Shown here piece after piece: positions 35,011 through 45,236 of a stretch of 64,000 nt of DNA (positions are counted from its first letter, which is position 1; each line of letters opens with the position of its first letter). This DNA is from a virus (lineage: Duplodnaviria > Caudoviricetes), in the IMG/VR virus record IMGVR_UViG_3300044711_000095, positions 1-64,000 of that record. One strand, 5' to 3'. The position numbers and the translations under genes were made by a program. The notes beneath the pieces were generated by a model, which was given only the letters and a program-made list of their open reading frames with translations, had not been told where the DNA came from and made no database searches.

Positions 35011-35408
35011 CCGGCCGTCAGTGGTTCGTCCGCAACCCGGACGCCCCGCCCCGCGAGGTCTGGTCGTACGCGAACCAGGGCACGGGCCTGACCCGCCACG
35101 GGAAGTGCAGCCTCGTGTGGTGGCAGTCCGGGAACTACACCAGTCACTGCGCCGGATGTTGCCGGACGTTCACGTCGCTCGCCGGGTTCGACGCCCACCA
35201 GGAGTTGGACACGACTGGCCGGGTGGTCTGCCACGACCCGGCCGGGATCGTCGACGACCAGGGCCGCCTCCGGTTCGGTTTCGAACGGGGCCACCACTAC
35301 GGGGAAACGGCCCCCGGATACTGGACGGCGCTCCCGGCGTCCACCCGGACCCTCCCCGGACCGGGAATCCGCGTGTGGACGACGGATGAGGGGGTGTTTC
35401 CCGAGTGA
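35007..35408 (+). CDS. FDXHR-type phage zinc-binding protein
   Basis: HCAGCCRTFTSLAGFDAHQ...CHDPA. Confidence 0.7.
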   Translation: MTGRQWFVRNPDAPPREVWSYANQGTGLTRHGKCSLVWWQSGNYTSHCAGCCRTFTSLAGFDAHQELDTTGRVVCHDPAGIVDDQGRLRFGFERGHHYGETAPGYWTALPASTRTLPGPGIRVWTTDEGVFPE

Positions 35409-35620
35409 CTCTCCCCACCCCGAACGGCCGGAAGGTTCTCGCGGCCGTCGCAGCAGCTACCGCCCGGGACGGGTACCCGTCGATCGCTGCGGTCGCGGAA
35501 CTGTCCGGCCTGTCCGCCAGGGTGATCCCCGCGCACCTGTTCCTGCTGCAGACGTCGGGGCACCTGGAGGCCGCCGAGGGTGGCCTGCGGGTCACGGAAC
35601 CGCTGCGGGTGGTGAAGTGA
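35405..35620 (+). CDS. Winged-HTH (LexA-N-like) protein
   Basis: DGYPSIAAVAELSGLS...HLFLLQTSGHL. Confidence 0.65.
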   Translation: MTLPTPNGRKVLAAVAAATARDGYPSIAAVAELSGLSARVIPAHLFLLQTSGHLEAAEGGLRVTEPLRVVK

Positions 35621-35673
35621 AGTCGACTCCCCCACACGGCGTGTCGTACGCTGCGCTGCGCTAGTGTGAGCGT

Positions 35674-35889
35674 ATGCCGACCAACCGACGGGCGGGGCGA
35701 GACCCGGACCCGTACACCGCATCCAACCTCCGGGCATCGGCCTGGGACGCCATTCGGGCAGCGAAGCGATCTGTCCGTGGAGAAGGCGACCCATCGCAGT
35801 CCGATGTCGTCAAGGCTGCCATCAAGGTCGCATCCATGCACATGGACGAGTGGACCGCCGCCATCCAGTCGGCGGATGACGCCGAATGA
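35674..35889 (+). CDS. Small DNA-binding protein (RHH-like), probably leaderless
   Basis: NLRASAW...SQSDVVKAAI; TAGTGT 6 nt before ATG. Confidence 0.5.
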   Translation: MPTNRRAGRDPDPYTASNLRASAWDAIRAAKRSVRGEGDPSQSDVVKAAIKVASMHMDEWTAAIQSADDAE

Positions 35890-36407
35890 CCACTCTTTCG
35901 ACTACCTGCGTCGCGCCATCTTGCGAGCGAACTCCTTCCGCCAGGGGGTGGTGCAATCTTCATTATCAGCGGTTCATCCGGTGGGGGGATATCGAGGGCC
36001 ACGCTCCTACCCGCGAAGAGCGGTTCTGGTCGCGTGTCGATAGGACGGATGGCTGCTGGAACTGGACTGCAACCATCCAAAATGCCGGCTATGGGTGGAC
36101 GGGACGGGACCTAGCGCATCGAGTCTCGTACCGAATGGTTCGCGGTGAGATCCCGGCGGGTATGACCATAGATCATCTCTGCCGGAACCGCAGATGCGCC
36201 AACCCTGAACACCTCGAATTGGTCACTCTTGCAGAGAATATTCGTCGTGGCGACTCTCCCTCGGCCCGGACCGCAAGGACAGGAATCTGTGCGCGCGGCC
36301 ACGAGATGACTCCGGGCAACGTGTACATCGCCCCCGGGGACGGGTCGCGGCGGTGCCGGGCTTGCGTGTCGCTTCGCGAGGGCACCAGAAAGGGTCAGAC
36401 GACATGA
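35886..36407 (+). CDS. HNH homing endonuclease
   Basis: FWSRVDRTDGCWNW, AHRVSY, IDHLCRNRRCANPEHL..VT.AEN; C-term CARGH...RRCRAC; lower GC. Confidence 0.9.
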   Translation: MTTLSTTCVAPSCERTPSARGWCNLHYQRFIRWGDIEGHAPTREERFWSRVDRTDGCWNWTATIQNAGYGWTGRDLAHRVSYRMVRGEIPAGMTIDHLCRNRRCANPEHLELVTLAENIRRGDSPSARTARTGICARGHEMTPGNVYIAPGDGSRRCRACVSLREGTRKGQTT

Positions 36408-37768
36408 ACGGTTATCAGAGCTACCTCGCCCGGAAAGTGCAGGCAACCGACGGCGACGGATTCACCCCCACCTGGATGCCCGACGTCCTGTTCGACTTCC
36501 AGGCCGCCCTCACCGAATGGGCGCTCCACCGGGGCAGGGCCGCGATCCTCGCCGACTGCGGCACGGGCAAAGCCATCATGGGCCTCGTGTGGGCCGAGAA
36601 CGTCCGGCGTCACACCGGGAGACCCGTCCTCATCACCACCCCCCTCGCCGTTTCGTTCCAACTTGAAGCGGAAGCCGCGAAGTTCGGGATCGAAGCGGCC
36701 GTATCCCGTACCGGGAAGCCATCCGCGGGGATCACCATCACCAACTACGAGCAGCTGGAGAAATTCACCCCAGACCATTTCGGTGGCGTCGTCTGCGACG
36801 AATCATCCGCGATCAAAGCGTTCGACGGGAAACGCCGCGCGATCGTCACCGAATTCCTGCGGACCCTCCCGTACCGGCTCCTGTGCACCGCCACCGCCGC
36901 CCCCAACGACTACATCGAACTCGGCACATCCTCCGAGGCCCTCGGCCACCTCGGGCACGTCGACATGCTGAACAGGTTCTTCACGAACAAGCAGAAGACG
37001 TCCGCGACGAACCGGATGGCCGGTCAGGCCGCCGAATGGCGGTTCAAGGGCCACGCCGAGAACGAATTCTGGCGGTGGGTCGCCTCCTGGGCCCGCGCCC
37101 TGCGCCGACCCTCCGACCTCGGGTTCGACGACGCCGCGTTCATCCTGCCCACCCTGGAGTACCGGACCCACGTCGTGGAGGCCCTCACGACCGCTGAAGG
37201 CACCCTGTTCGACATGCCGGCCCGCGGCCTGCGGGAGGAACGGGAGGAGACCCGCCGCACCATCACCGAACGGTGCGAGTCGACCGCGGCCCTCCTCGAA
37301 GGCGTCGACCATGCGGTGGCGTGGTGCCAGTTGAACGACGAATCGACGCTGCTCACCGGACTGATCGACGGCGCCGTCGAGGTCAGCGGGTCCGACTCCC
37401 CCGACGCGAAGGAAGAGAAACTCGTCGCGTTCGGCCGGGGCGACATCCGGGTCCTCGTCACCAAGCCCGTCATCGGGGCGTGGGGCTTGAACTGGCAGCA
37501 CTGCAACCGGATGACGTACTTCCCGAACCACTCCTACGAACAGCTGTACCAGGCGGTGCGCCGGTCCTGGCGGTACGGGCAGCAGCGTCCCGTCACCGTC
37601 GACATCGTCACCACTGAGGGCGGCGCGAACGTGATGGCGAACCTCCAGCGGAAAGCCGCGCAAGCCGAAGCCATGTTTGATTCCCTCATCAACCACATGC
37701 GTGACGCCGCCACGATCCGTCCCGGCGTCACCTACGACCAGGAAGTGGTGCTCCCGTCATGGCTCTGA
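36404..37768 (+). CDS. SNF2/SF2-type helicase
   Basis: DCGTGK, NYEQL, VVCDESS, TATAAPND, WGLNWQHC, YQAVRRSWRYGQ. Confidence 0.85.
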   Translation: MNGYQSYLARKVQATDGDGFTPTWMPDVLFDFQAALTEWALHRGRAAILADCGTGKAIMGLVWAENVRRHTGRPVLITTPLAVSFQLEAEAAKFGIEAAVSRTGKPSAGITITNYEQLEKFTPDHFGGVVCDESSAIKAFDGKRRAIVTEFLRTLPYRLLCTATAAPNDYIELGTSSEALGHLGHVDMLNRFFTNKQKTSATNRMAGQAAEWRFKGHAENEFWRWVASWARALRRPSDLGFDDAAFILPTLEYRTHVVEALTTAEGTLFDMPARGLREEREETRRTITERCESTAALLEGVDHAVAWCQLNDESTLLTGLIDGAVEVSGSDSPDAKEEKLVAFGRGDIRVLVTKPVIGAWGLNWQHCNRMTYFPNHSYEQLYQAVRRSWRYGQQRPVTVDIVTTEGGANVMANLQRKAAQAEAMFDSLINHMRDAATIRPGVTYDQEVVLPSWL

Positions 37769-38811
37769 TCACCGACAGCACCATCACCGACAGGTACGCC
37801 CTGTATCTCGGCGATTCCATGGACGTGATGGGCGAGATCCCCGACAGCACGGTCCACGCGGTCGTGTACTCCCCTCCGTTCGCGTACGGGGAGGAAGGCG
37901 TCGGCGGTGCCGGACTGTATAAGTACAGTTCGAACCCGCGCGACCTGTCGAACGCTGGCGGCCTCGCCGGGTTCCTGGAGGCGTACGGTTTCTTCGTCCG
38001 CGAACTGCACCGCATCACGATGCCGGGCCGCCTCCACGCCGTCCACTGCATGGACACCCCGATGGGGAACTCCGGCGGTGACACCCTCCATGACTTCCCC
38101 GGCGACATCATCCGCCTCCACCAGGCGACCGGGTTCGACTACATCGCCCGGCACGTCATCTGGAAGGAGCCCCTCGCGGTCCGGAACCGGACGATGGTGA
38201 AGGACCTCACCCACAAGACGATCGTCGATGACGCGTCCCGGGCCGGTGTCGCATCCGCCGACCACCTCCTGATCTTCCGGAAGCGGGGCGAGAACCCGGT
38301 CCCCGTCACCCACCCGAACGGGTTCACCACCTACCACGGTGCATCCTCGCCACCGGCCGACGTCCTGCGGTACCGGAACTGGGCGGGCGAGCAGATCGCG
38401 AACCGGTACTCGCAGTGGGTGTGGCGCCAGTACGCGTCCAGCGTGTGGGACGACATCCGGGGGAACCTCGGCCAGTACGACCAGCGGGGCGTCACCGGCG
38501 TCCTGCCGTACCGGGAGGCCCGCGACGAGGAAGACGAACGGCACGTGCACCCCCTCCAGTTGGATGTCTCCCGCCGGTTCGTGGACATGCGGACCAACCC
38601 GGGCGAGACCGTGTACACGCCGTTCGCCGGGGTTGGTTCCGAGGTATACGCGGCCGTCGAGCTGGGCCGCCGCGGGATCGGGTCGGAGCTGAAACCGTCC
38701 TACTACCGGCAGGCCGTCAAGAACCTAGCGGCCGTCGACACCGACAACGCGGAGGACCCGACCCTGTTCGAGGTCGACTTCCAGAACGACACCGAGGACG
38801 TGACCCTGTGA
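37759..38811 (+). CDS. DNA N6-adenine/N4-cytosine methyltransferase (beta class)
   Basis: SPPF motif IV before TPFAGVGSE motif I; HVHPLQLD. Confidence 0.9.
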   Translation: MALITDSTITDRYALYLGDSMDVMGEIPDSTVHAVVYSPPFAYGEEGVGGAGLYKYSSNPRDLSNAGGLAGFLEAYGFFVRELHRITMPGRLHAVHCMDTPMGNSGGDTLHDFPGDIIRLHQATGFDYIARHVIWKEPLAVRNRTMVKDLTHKTIVDDASRAGVASADHLLIFRKRGENPVPVTHPNGFTTYHGASSPPADVLRYRNWAGEQIANRYSQWVWRQYASSVWDDIRGNLGQYDQRGVTGVLPYREARDEEDERHVHPLQLDVSRRFVDMRTNPGETVYTPFAGVGSEVYAAVELGRRGIGSELKPSYYRQAVKNLAAVDTDNAEDPTLFEVDFQNDTEDVTL

Positions 38812-39944
38812 AGCTGAAGATCGAGAGAGACGCTCTCGTGGAGGCCGTGACGTGGGCGGCCCGCGCGCTGCCCGCGAAACCGGCGATCCCCGTCCTGTCC
38901 GGCATCATGATCGACGCGACGGCTGGGGCGATGGCCGACGGTGAGGTCCGGATGTCCGCGTTCGACTACGAAACCTCCGCCCGGATCACCACTGGCGCGG
39001 ACGTCACCGAACCCGGCCAGGCGCTCGTGTCGGGCCGGCTCCTCGCCGACATCTGCAAGTCCCTCCCGGCCAAGCCCGTCGACCTGGTCCTGGACGGCAC
39101 GCAGGTGAAAGTGACGTGCGGGTCCGCGAAGTTCAAGCTCCTCACCATGCCGACCGGCGAGTACCCGTCGATGCCGACCGCCCCCGACCAGTCCGGCACC
39201 GTCCCGAGTGACGTGTTCGCGCACGCCGTCGCGCAGGTCGCGGTCGCCGCGTCCCGGGACATCTCGAACCCGGTCCTGACCGCGCTCCGTATCATCGCTG
39301 AGGGGGACCGGCTCACGTTCATGGCGACCGACCGGTACCGTCTCGCGGTCCGCACCTTCGACTGGACCCCGGACGACCCGAACGTGGAGGCCGCCTTGAA
39401 CGTCCGGGCGTTCGTCCTGTCGGAGGCCGCGAAAACCCTCCCGGCCGCCGGCATGGTGTCCCTCGGCTTCAGCGACGGCATGATCGGCCTGGACGCCGGG
39501 TCCCGGACCGTCACGTCCCTACTCACGGACGGCCAGTACCCGGACGCCCTACGCCTGTTCCCCACCGCGTTCAACCACACCGCTGTCGTGGACGTCGCGT
39601 CCCTCGTCGAGTCCGTGAAACGGGTCGCCCTGGTCGCGGAGAAGAACACCCCGGTCCGGCTCGCGTTCACCGACGGCGCCGTCGACCTGACCGCCGGTCG
39701 GGGCGAGGACGCGTCGGGCGAGGACGGGATGGACGCCTACCTGGACGGCGGCCCGATCGATGCGGCGTTCAACCCCCAGTTCCTCGTCGACGGATTGAAC
39801 GCGTTGAACTGCCCGTACGCCCGGTTCTCGTTCACGGAAGCCGGGAAACCGGTCGTGTTGACGGGCCAGGTGATGGCGGACGGGCCCGATGAGTCCAGCT
39901 ACCGGTACCTGATCATGCCGGTCCGGTCGGGCGCCCCGGCGTGA
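38808..39944 (+). CDS. dnaN: DNA polymerase III beta sliding clamp
   Basis: KIERDALVEAVTWAARALPAKPAIPVLSG, FDYETSA, MATDRYRLA, AFNPQFLVDGL, YLIMPVR. Confidence 0.95.
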   Translation: MKLKIERDALVEAVTWAARALPAKPAIPVLSGIMIDATAGAMADGEVRMSAFDYETSARITTGADVTEPGQALVSGRLLADICKSLPAKPVDLVLDGTQVKVTCGSAKFKLLTMPTGEYPSMPTAPDQSGTVPSDVFAHAVAQVAVAASRDISNPVLTALRIIAEGDRLTFMATDRYRLAVRTFDWTPDDPNVEAALNVRAFVLSEAAKTLPAAGMVSLGFSDGMIGLDAGSRTVTSLLTDGQYPDALRLFPTAFNHTAVVDVASLVESVKRVALVAEKNTPVRLAFTDGAVDLTAGRGEDASGEDGMDAYLDGGPIDAAFNPQFLVDGLNALNCPYARFSFTEAGKPVVLTGQVMADGPDESSYRYLIMPVRSGAPA

Positions 39945-40126
39945 CCGCTGGCCGCGATGCCGTGCAGGGGGTTGAGGAATCGATCCCCTGCACGGCATGC
40001 CCACACGATGTGGACGCCCATGACGAACGGGGGCGTTGCCTGAACGGTGATGGCGGGATCCACGACATTCTCGGCTGGACCCCTCCGCCGGGCATGGAGC
40101 CGTGCGGCTGCGGGTGGAACCGGTGA
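39941..40126 (+). CDS. Small Cys/His protein
   Basis: CTACPH...HDERGRC...CGC. Confidence 0.5.
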   Translation: MTAGRDAVQGVEESIPCTACPHDVDAHDERGRCLNGDGGIHDILGWTPPPGMEPCGCGWNR

Positions 40127-40644
40127 CCTTCGGTGAGCGCCGCAAGCCCCTGCCCCGTGGCGGACCCATCGCCAGGAAAACGGAACTGCGGAACACCACC
40201 CCGCTGGCGCCCGGCGGGGCGCTGGCCCGCACGCCGCTCACCCCAGGCAGCCAGCCGACCCGGAAGCCCCTGAAGGCCGCGTGGACACCACCCGGTGACG
40301 CGGAGAAGAACGCCAAGAACGTCGTGGAGGCCCGCTCGCGTGGCGCATGCGAAGTGTGCCTCCAGCCGGGCGACGACTGGTCCCACCGGATCGGCGCCGG
40401 CGTAGGCGGCCCCTGGACACCCGAGAACGGCGTGTACATGTGCCGCGCCGGGCATGCTGCCCTCCACCGGGAACGGAACCGCGCGAACGACGGCGGCTGG
40501 CACCTCTGGTCGTGGCAGGACCCGCCCGGCCAGTGGCCCGTGTGGCTCGCCACCGGGTGGGTCCACTTGCTCCCCGACGGCACGACCAGACCGGCGCCCC
40601 ACCGGCCCCGCCCCCTGTGGCTTCCCTGCGGAGGACGACCATGA
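40123..40644 (+). CDS. HNH-like endonuclease
   Basis: RSRGACEVC...WSHR..AG.GGPW.PENG..MCRAGH..LH. Confidence 0.7.
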   Translation: MTFGERRKPLPRGGPIARKTELRNTTPLAPGGALARTPLTPGSQPTRKPLKAAWTPPGDAEKNAKNVVEARSRGACEVCLQPGDDWSHRIGAGVGGPWTPENGVYMCRAGHAALHRERNRANDGGWHLWSWQDPPGQWPVWLATGWVHLLPDGTTRPAPHRPRPLWLPCGGRP

Positions 40645-40997
40645 ACGGACAGGTACCAGACAACCCGGTCTCCATCGAAGAGGAACTCCGGAAACTCGTC
40701 ACGTGGATCACCCAAGCGGTGTCCGCGAACGACGCTGCGTACCGAGCGAAGCTGCAGGCCGAACACGACTACCGGGTGGCGTACGCCCGGGCCTACGTCC
40801 GGGCCACGGGCCCGCAGACGGAGAAGCGGTACATCGCGGACCTGGAAACCGTCGCCGAAGCGCAGGCCCGGGACGTCACCGACGCCGCCCACCGGTACGC
40901 CCTCGACAAGCACCGTGCGCTACGGGACCGGCTCGAAGCGGTTAGATCAATTGGCGCCTCGGTACGCGAGGCTTACCGGTCGAGCGGCGTCCTGTGA
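40641..40997 (+). CDS. Helical hypothetical protein
   Basis: GGAGG RBS; NPVSIEEELR...LEAVRSIGASVREAY. Confidence 0.7.
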   Translation: MNGQVPDNPVSIEEELRKLVTWITQAVSANDAAYRAKLQAEHDYRVAYARAYVRATGPQTEKRYIADLETVAEAQARDVTDAAHRYALDKHRALRDRLEAVRSIGASVREAYRSSGVL

Positions 40998-41059
40998 CGA
41001 TTTGCCTCGACACGCCTTGACCTGCCGAGATAAGCCGCAGGTGACGCTACAATTGGGTT

Positions 41060-41242
41060 GTGCCCACGCCGATCCGTGGTGTCCGCGTCGACCTCGACGA
41101 ATGGGACCGCGCCCTCACCGCCCTACGCAACCTCACCTGCTCGCACCGGGTCGTCATCACCCTCAAGCCGGGGATGTCCCGTACCGATGCCGTGAACGAG
41201 TTCATCGCCCACGTCGCCCGCCTCCAGGAGGACCCCCAGTGA
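41060..41242 (+). CDS. Small hypothetical protein
   Basis: Ends in GTGA overlap with methylase. Confidence 0.45.
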   Translation: MPTPIRGVRVDLDEWDRALTALRNLTCSHRVVITLKPGMSRTDAVNEFIAHVARLQEDPQ

Positions 41243-42690
41243 CCGACCTGATCGTTGATCTCTTCGCGGGGGCGGGCGGCTGGGATGAGGGGATGTTGGC
41301 CCTCGACCTGGACGCGAACGTCGTGGGGATCGAGTGGGACGAGTGGGCATGCCGGACCGGGAAAGCTGCTGGCCACGCCAGGGTCCGCGCTGATGTTTCT
41401 GTGCTGCACCCGGCGTTCTTCCCGATGACCGGCTTGATCGCCAGCCCGCCGTGTACCAAGTTCTCCGCCGCCGGTTCAGGGGTCGGCCGAAAGGTGATCT
41501 CCGTTCTGGTCCGTGCCGTCCGGTCCCTCCTGAACGGCGAGGATGTCCGCGCCGAGGTCATCGACGCGATCTACCCGATGTGTCTGCGGGACCGGCAGGC
41601 CGCGAACAACAAGCGCGCCGAAGAGAAACGGTCCACGCCTGAGCAGGTGGAACGGTCCGCCCGGGAGGACGCCGCCTGCACAGCTCTGGTGCTGGAGCCA
41701 GCCCGGTGGATCAACAGCGGTAACCCGGAGTGGGTCGCGTTCGAGCAGGTCCCCGACGTCCTGCCGATCTGGCGGGAGTACGTCCGGGTCCTGAAGGAGA
41801 TGGGCTGGTCGGCGTGATGCGGCGTGCTCAACGCCGCCGACTTCGGTGTCCCGCAAACCCGGGAAAGGGCCATCCTCATCGCGTCCCGGGTCAGGGCCGT
41901 TGCTCCACCGGAGCCGACGCACGCCGAGCACGCCCAAGGCGAGGACTTGTTCGGTGGCACCGGTCGGGCGCGGTGGGTGTCGATGGCTCAGGCGTTGGGC
42001 TGGGGGTTGCAAGCCGAACCGCCTCCGGTCGTCATGACTGCCCGGGGCCGGCAGGCCGGGCCTGAGGACGTGCTGCGCGGTTCGTCGTGGCGGGCGCAGT
42101 GGTGGCAGGACGTCGCGGATGACCCAAGTCGGTTCTCCCCGAAGCCGACCGGGATCGTGGTCAACACCCGGGGCGACCGGAAGACGCCAGGTGGGAACGA
42201 GTTCTCCGCAGACCGGCCATCCTGGGCGCTGACGGAGAAGACACGATCCTGGATCGTGTCTTCTCCGTCAGGCTGGGCCATGGGGGACGTGCGGTCAGCC
42301 AACGGGACGGTCCGCCCCGCTGGCTCGCCTTCCGCGACGATTCCCGGGGCGATGGACAACGGGAACTGGCGGTGGGTGTACCGGGGGTCGAACCAGGCGA
42401 ACGCGGCGCGTCGGCCCCTCAACGAACCGGCCCCGAACGTGAACTTCGGGGCCCGGTCGAACAAGGTCGAGTGGATGCCTGAGCCGATCGCGGAGGACCC
42501 GAAGGCCAGTGGGGTCCGGGTGACTGTCCAGGAGGCGGCTGTCCTGCAGTCGTTCCCGTGGGACTACCCGTGGCAGGGGTCGAAGTCGCGGCAGTTCTTG
42601 CAGGTCGGCAATGCCGTCTGCCCGCTGCTGGCGGCGCATGTGGTGGCGGCTGCGTCGGGGGCAAGGTTCCGTGAGGAGGTCGCGGCGTGA
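41239..42690 (+). pseudogene. C5 cytosine DNA methyltransferase interrupted by one in-frame TGA (41815-41817)
   Basis: DLFAGAGG (I), SPPC (IV), EQV (VI), GWSA*CGVLNAADFGVPQTRER (VIII), LQSFP..Y (IX), QVGNAV (X); both parts in the same frame. Confidence 0.75.
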
Positions 42691-43016
42691 CGGACCTCGG
42701 TCAGATCACGACGAAGCAGCTCGCGCGGATGCCGGGCCATGTGCGGCGCCGGGTCCTCGAAGCGGTCCGGCAGGAGGAGTTGGTGGCGGAGCGTGCGGCG
42801 CGGGAGGAGCGGTACCTGAGGGCTGTGCGTGCTGCGGCGCGGGCTGAGTCGGGTAGGGAGGCGATGCGCCTGGCTTTGAACCTTTACGAGGCCCACAAGC
42901 GGGGTCGGGGGCGGGCGTTGACGGTAGTGGAGATGGATCTGGTGCGGGAGGCGTGGCGGGTGCGGCGGTTGGCGTTGAAGGCTGCGGGGGTCACCCAAAA
43001 GAATGACCCAAAATGA
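42687..43016 (+). CDS. Basic helical hypothetical protein
   Basis: GAGGAGG RBS; GTGA overlap. Confidence 0.6.
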   Translation: MTDLGQITTKQLARMPGHVRRRVLEAVRQEELVAERAAREERYLRAVRAAARAESGREAMRLALNLYEAHKRGRGRALTVVEMDLVREAWRVRRLALKAAGVTQKNDPK

Positions 43017-43434
43017 TTGCGCTGGCTGTCCACGCCCCGTAGAGTCGAACACGACGCCGCCGCCCAACCCGGTTGACCGCATCAGACAGAGCCCCGGGCC
43101 GGCGGCGGCACCCAATCCTCCCACCCAGGAGCAACCCTTGCTCATCCTCGCCACGGCCCTCGACGACATCGCGTCGATGCTGAACGCGACCGGCCACCCC
43201 GTGCACTCCGCGACCGTCATGTACTTCCCGCTCCCTGGTGACGCGGACATCCACCTGGTCCTCCGTGCCCCCATCAGCGCACAGGCCGCCGACGCCCTCC
43301 TGGCGGACCTCGGCGGGATAGCCGTCCACCACTCGGCCCCCTACGGCACCGTGGGCGCCCCCCGGGTGAACGTGACCGCGTACTTCCGCCGGTGGTCGCT
43401 CGGTGTCCAGATCGTCGCGGACGCCGACCGGTGA
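43003..43434 (+). CDS. Hypothetical protein
   Basis: 143-aa ORF ending in GTGA overlap. Confidence 0.5.
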   Translation: MTQNDCAGCPRPVESNTTPPPNPVDRIRQSPGPAAAPNPPTQEQPLLILATALDDIASMLNATGHPVHSATVMYFPLPGDADIHLVLRAPISAQAADALLADLGGIAVHHSAPYGTVGAPRVNVTAYFRRWSLGVQIVADADR

Positions 43435-43787
43435 CCCGCCACCTGGCGACCCTCACCATCCCCGGGGCGGTGATACCGAAGGGCCGGCCCCGGTTCGGGA
43501 ACGGCAGGGTCTACACGCCCGCCGAAACCAAGGACTACGAGCTGAAGATCGGGTGGGTCGCGAAGGCGTTCATGAAGTCCCGGCGGCCCGTCACCGGCTG
43601 GTTGAAGGTGGCGATCGACTTGTACGGGGACGTCGCGCACATCGATTCGGACAATGCAGCCAAGTCGATTTTGGACGGAATGAACAAAATCGTCTACAAG
43701 GACGACCGGCAGGTCGACATCCTCACCGTGACCCGCCACCGCGACACCCCAGACCCGAGGGCCGTCGTCATCATCACCGAACTCTGA
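43431..43787 (+). CDS. rusA: RusA-like Holliday junction resolvase
   Basis: PKGRPRF...YTP, DSDNAAKSILDGMN.IVYKDDRQV. Confidence 0.9.
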   Translation: MTRHLATLTIPGAVIPKGRPRFGNGRVYTPAETKDYELKIGWVAKAFMKSRRPVTGWLKVAIDLYGDVAHIDSDNAAKSILDGMNKIVYKDDRQVDILTVTRHRDTPDPRAVVIITEL

Positions 43788-43808
43788 CCACTAACCAAGG
43801 AGAACAGC

Positions 43809-44417
43809 ATGCCCCTCAGCGACCCCCGCGACGACGCCGAGACCACCATGTACACCGCCCTGGCCATCGGCCTCGGAGGAGGTAACGCGTCCGACGCGAT
43901 CCTCGCCCAGGAGTCCCGCGGCCAGCAGCAGATCCTCACCTCCGCCGTCCTGCCCACCGACATGGGCGACCGGGCCGAGTACGAGGCACTCGGGTTCACG
44001 TTCGGTGACCCCGTCCCCGGTGACCCGATGTTCACGAACGCGACCCTCCCGCGGGGCTGGTCCAGGGAGGGCAGCGACCACGCGATGTGGTCGTACCTGG
44101 TCGACGCCGACGGCAACCGGCGGGCCTCGATCTTCTACAAGGCCGCGTTCTACGACCGCAGCGCCCACATGTCCCTGAACACCGTGTACTCGCTGATGTA
44201 CGACTGCGTGTACAACAACCAGCCCCCGACCCTCAACGCGTGGGTGACCCGCGAGGCGGCCGTGGAGGCGCTGACCGCACTCGTGGAACGGTTCGAGAAG
44301 GACGCCGCTGAGGCCGCCACGATCGGTGGGAGCTACGCCGAGACGTACGGCCCGAAGTCTCTCGCTCAGGCGGAGGCCGCCCGGTCCATCCGTGACCAGA
44401 TCGCCTCCGGGTCCTGA
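43809..44417 (+). CDS. Hypothetical protein
   Basis: AAGGAG RBS; EYEALGFTFG...ATLPRGW...WSYLVDADGNRRASIFYKAAFYDR. Confidence 0.7.
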   Translation: MPLSDPRDDAETTMYTALAIGLGGGNASDAILAQESRGQQQILTSAVLPTDMGDRAEYEALGFTFGDPVPGDPMFTNATLPRGWSREGSDHAMWSYLVDADGNRRASIFYKAAFYDRSAHMSLNTVYSLMYDCVYNNQPPTLNAWVTREAAVEALTALVERFEKDAAEAATIGGSYAETYGPKSLAQAEAARSIRDQIASGS

Positions 44418-44605
44418 TGTCCGCGGCGGAGTACGCGGCGGCTGCCCTGGCCACGGTCGGTAGTGGCGTCCTGGGACACCTGTTCGGGATGGCGAAGTGC
44501 ACCGCCGCGTACAACCGTGGCCTGGCCCGCGGCACGCAGATCACCATCGAGACGTACACGGCCCTGACCGGGATCGACCTGAGCGATGAAGGCGGCGGGA
44601 ACTGA
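44417..44605 (+). CDS. Small hypothetical protein
   Basis: TGATG overlaps. Confidence 0.5.
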   Translation: MSAAEYAAAALATVGSGVLGHLFGMAKCTAAYNRGLARGTQITIETYTALTGIDLSDEGGGN

Positions 44606-44940
44606 TGTCCACCATCGGGGAGATCACCTACCGGTCCAGGCACCGCCTGGCCGCCTGGTGGGACAAGAAGTGGACGAAGGCCCGGTGGTCGATCGCCGGC
44701 AAGGCGAACCGGCTGCCCTGGTTCTGTTGGGCCGACCTCGTCGACTGGTCGTTGCACAACCGTACCCGCGCCAAGGACCGGTTCCCGCTGCCGTCCCGGG
44801 TAACGTCCTGCCGGGAGGATGCCGCGCGCAGCGGTTCCTGTTGGTGCGCCAAATTCCAGACCTGCGCGTTCCAGGTCAAGTACCCGCAGGTAACCCCCGG
44901 GATCGTGGTCCCGGCTTCCACGGAAGGTGAAGGGTCATGA
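44605..44940 (+). CDS. Hypothetical protein
   Basis: RLPWFCWADLVDWSL...CWCAKF. Confidence 0.55.
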   Translation: MSTIGEITYRSRHRLAAWWDKKWTKARWSIAGKANRLPWFCWADLVDWSLHNRTRAKDRFPLPSRVTSCREDAARSGSCWCAKFQTCAFQVKYPQVTPGIVVPASTEGEGS

Positions 44941-45236
44941 CGGCCACCGCCCGGGTCTGTGGATGCGACACGTTCGAAGACCACGTCGAACCACACACCG
45001 ACCCTGTCCTCGGTATCGAGCACGGGGAACGGTCCACCCTGAACGAGGACCCGGAACCGATCGAAGTCCCCGGATCCGCTGGCCCCCACTCGTGGTCCTC
45101 GCCTGAGGCGTACTGCCTGTGCGGGCACCCGATCTACGCGACGTGCGCCGCGTTGCCCGAGGGCGGCGTGATGGGCCTGACGATCTCACGCGGACCGGGA
45201 TGGACCGAAGGTGGTGGCGGTGGCGACGGACCCTGA
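44937..45236 (+). CDS. Hypothetical protein (Cys/His)
   Basis: ATGA overlap; YCLCGHP.Y..C. Confidence 0.45.
   Translation: MTATARVCGCDTFEDHVEPHTDPVLGIEHGERSTLNEDPEPIEVPGSAGPHSWSSPEAYCLCGHPIYATCAALPEGGVMGLTISRGPGWTEGGGGGDGP

Noticed and set aside
41815-41817. Genome-wide TGA recoding
   Set aside because: TGA is the normal stop for most genes, including many GTGA/ATGA overlaps; only one in-frame case was found.
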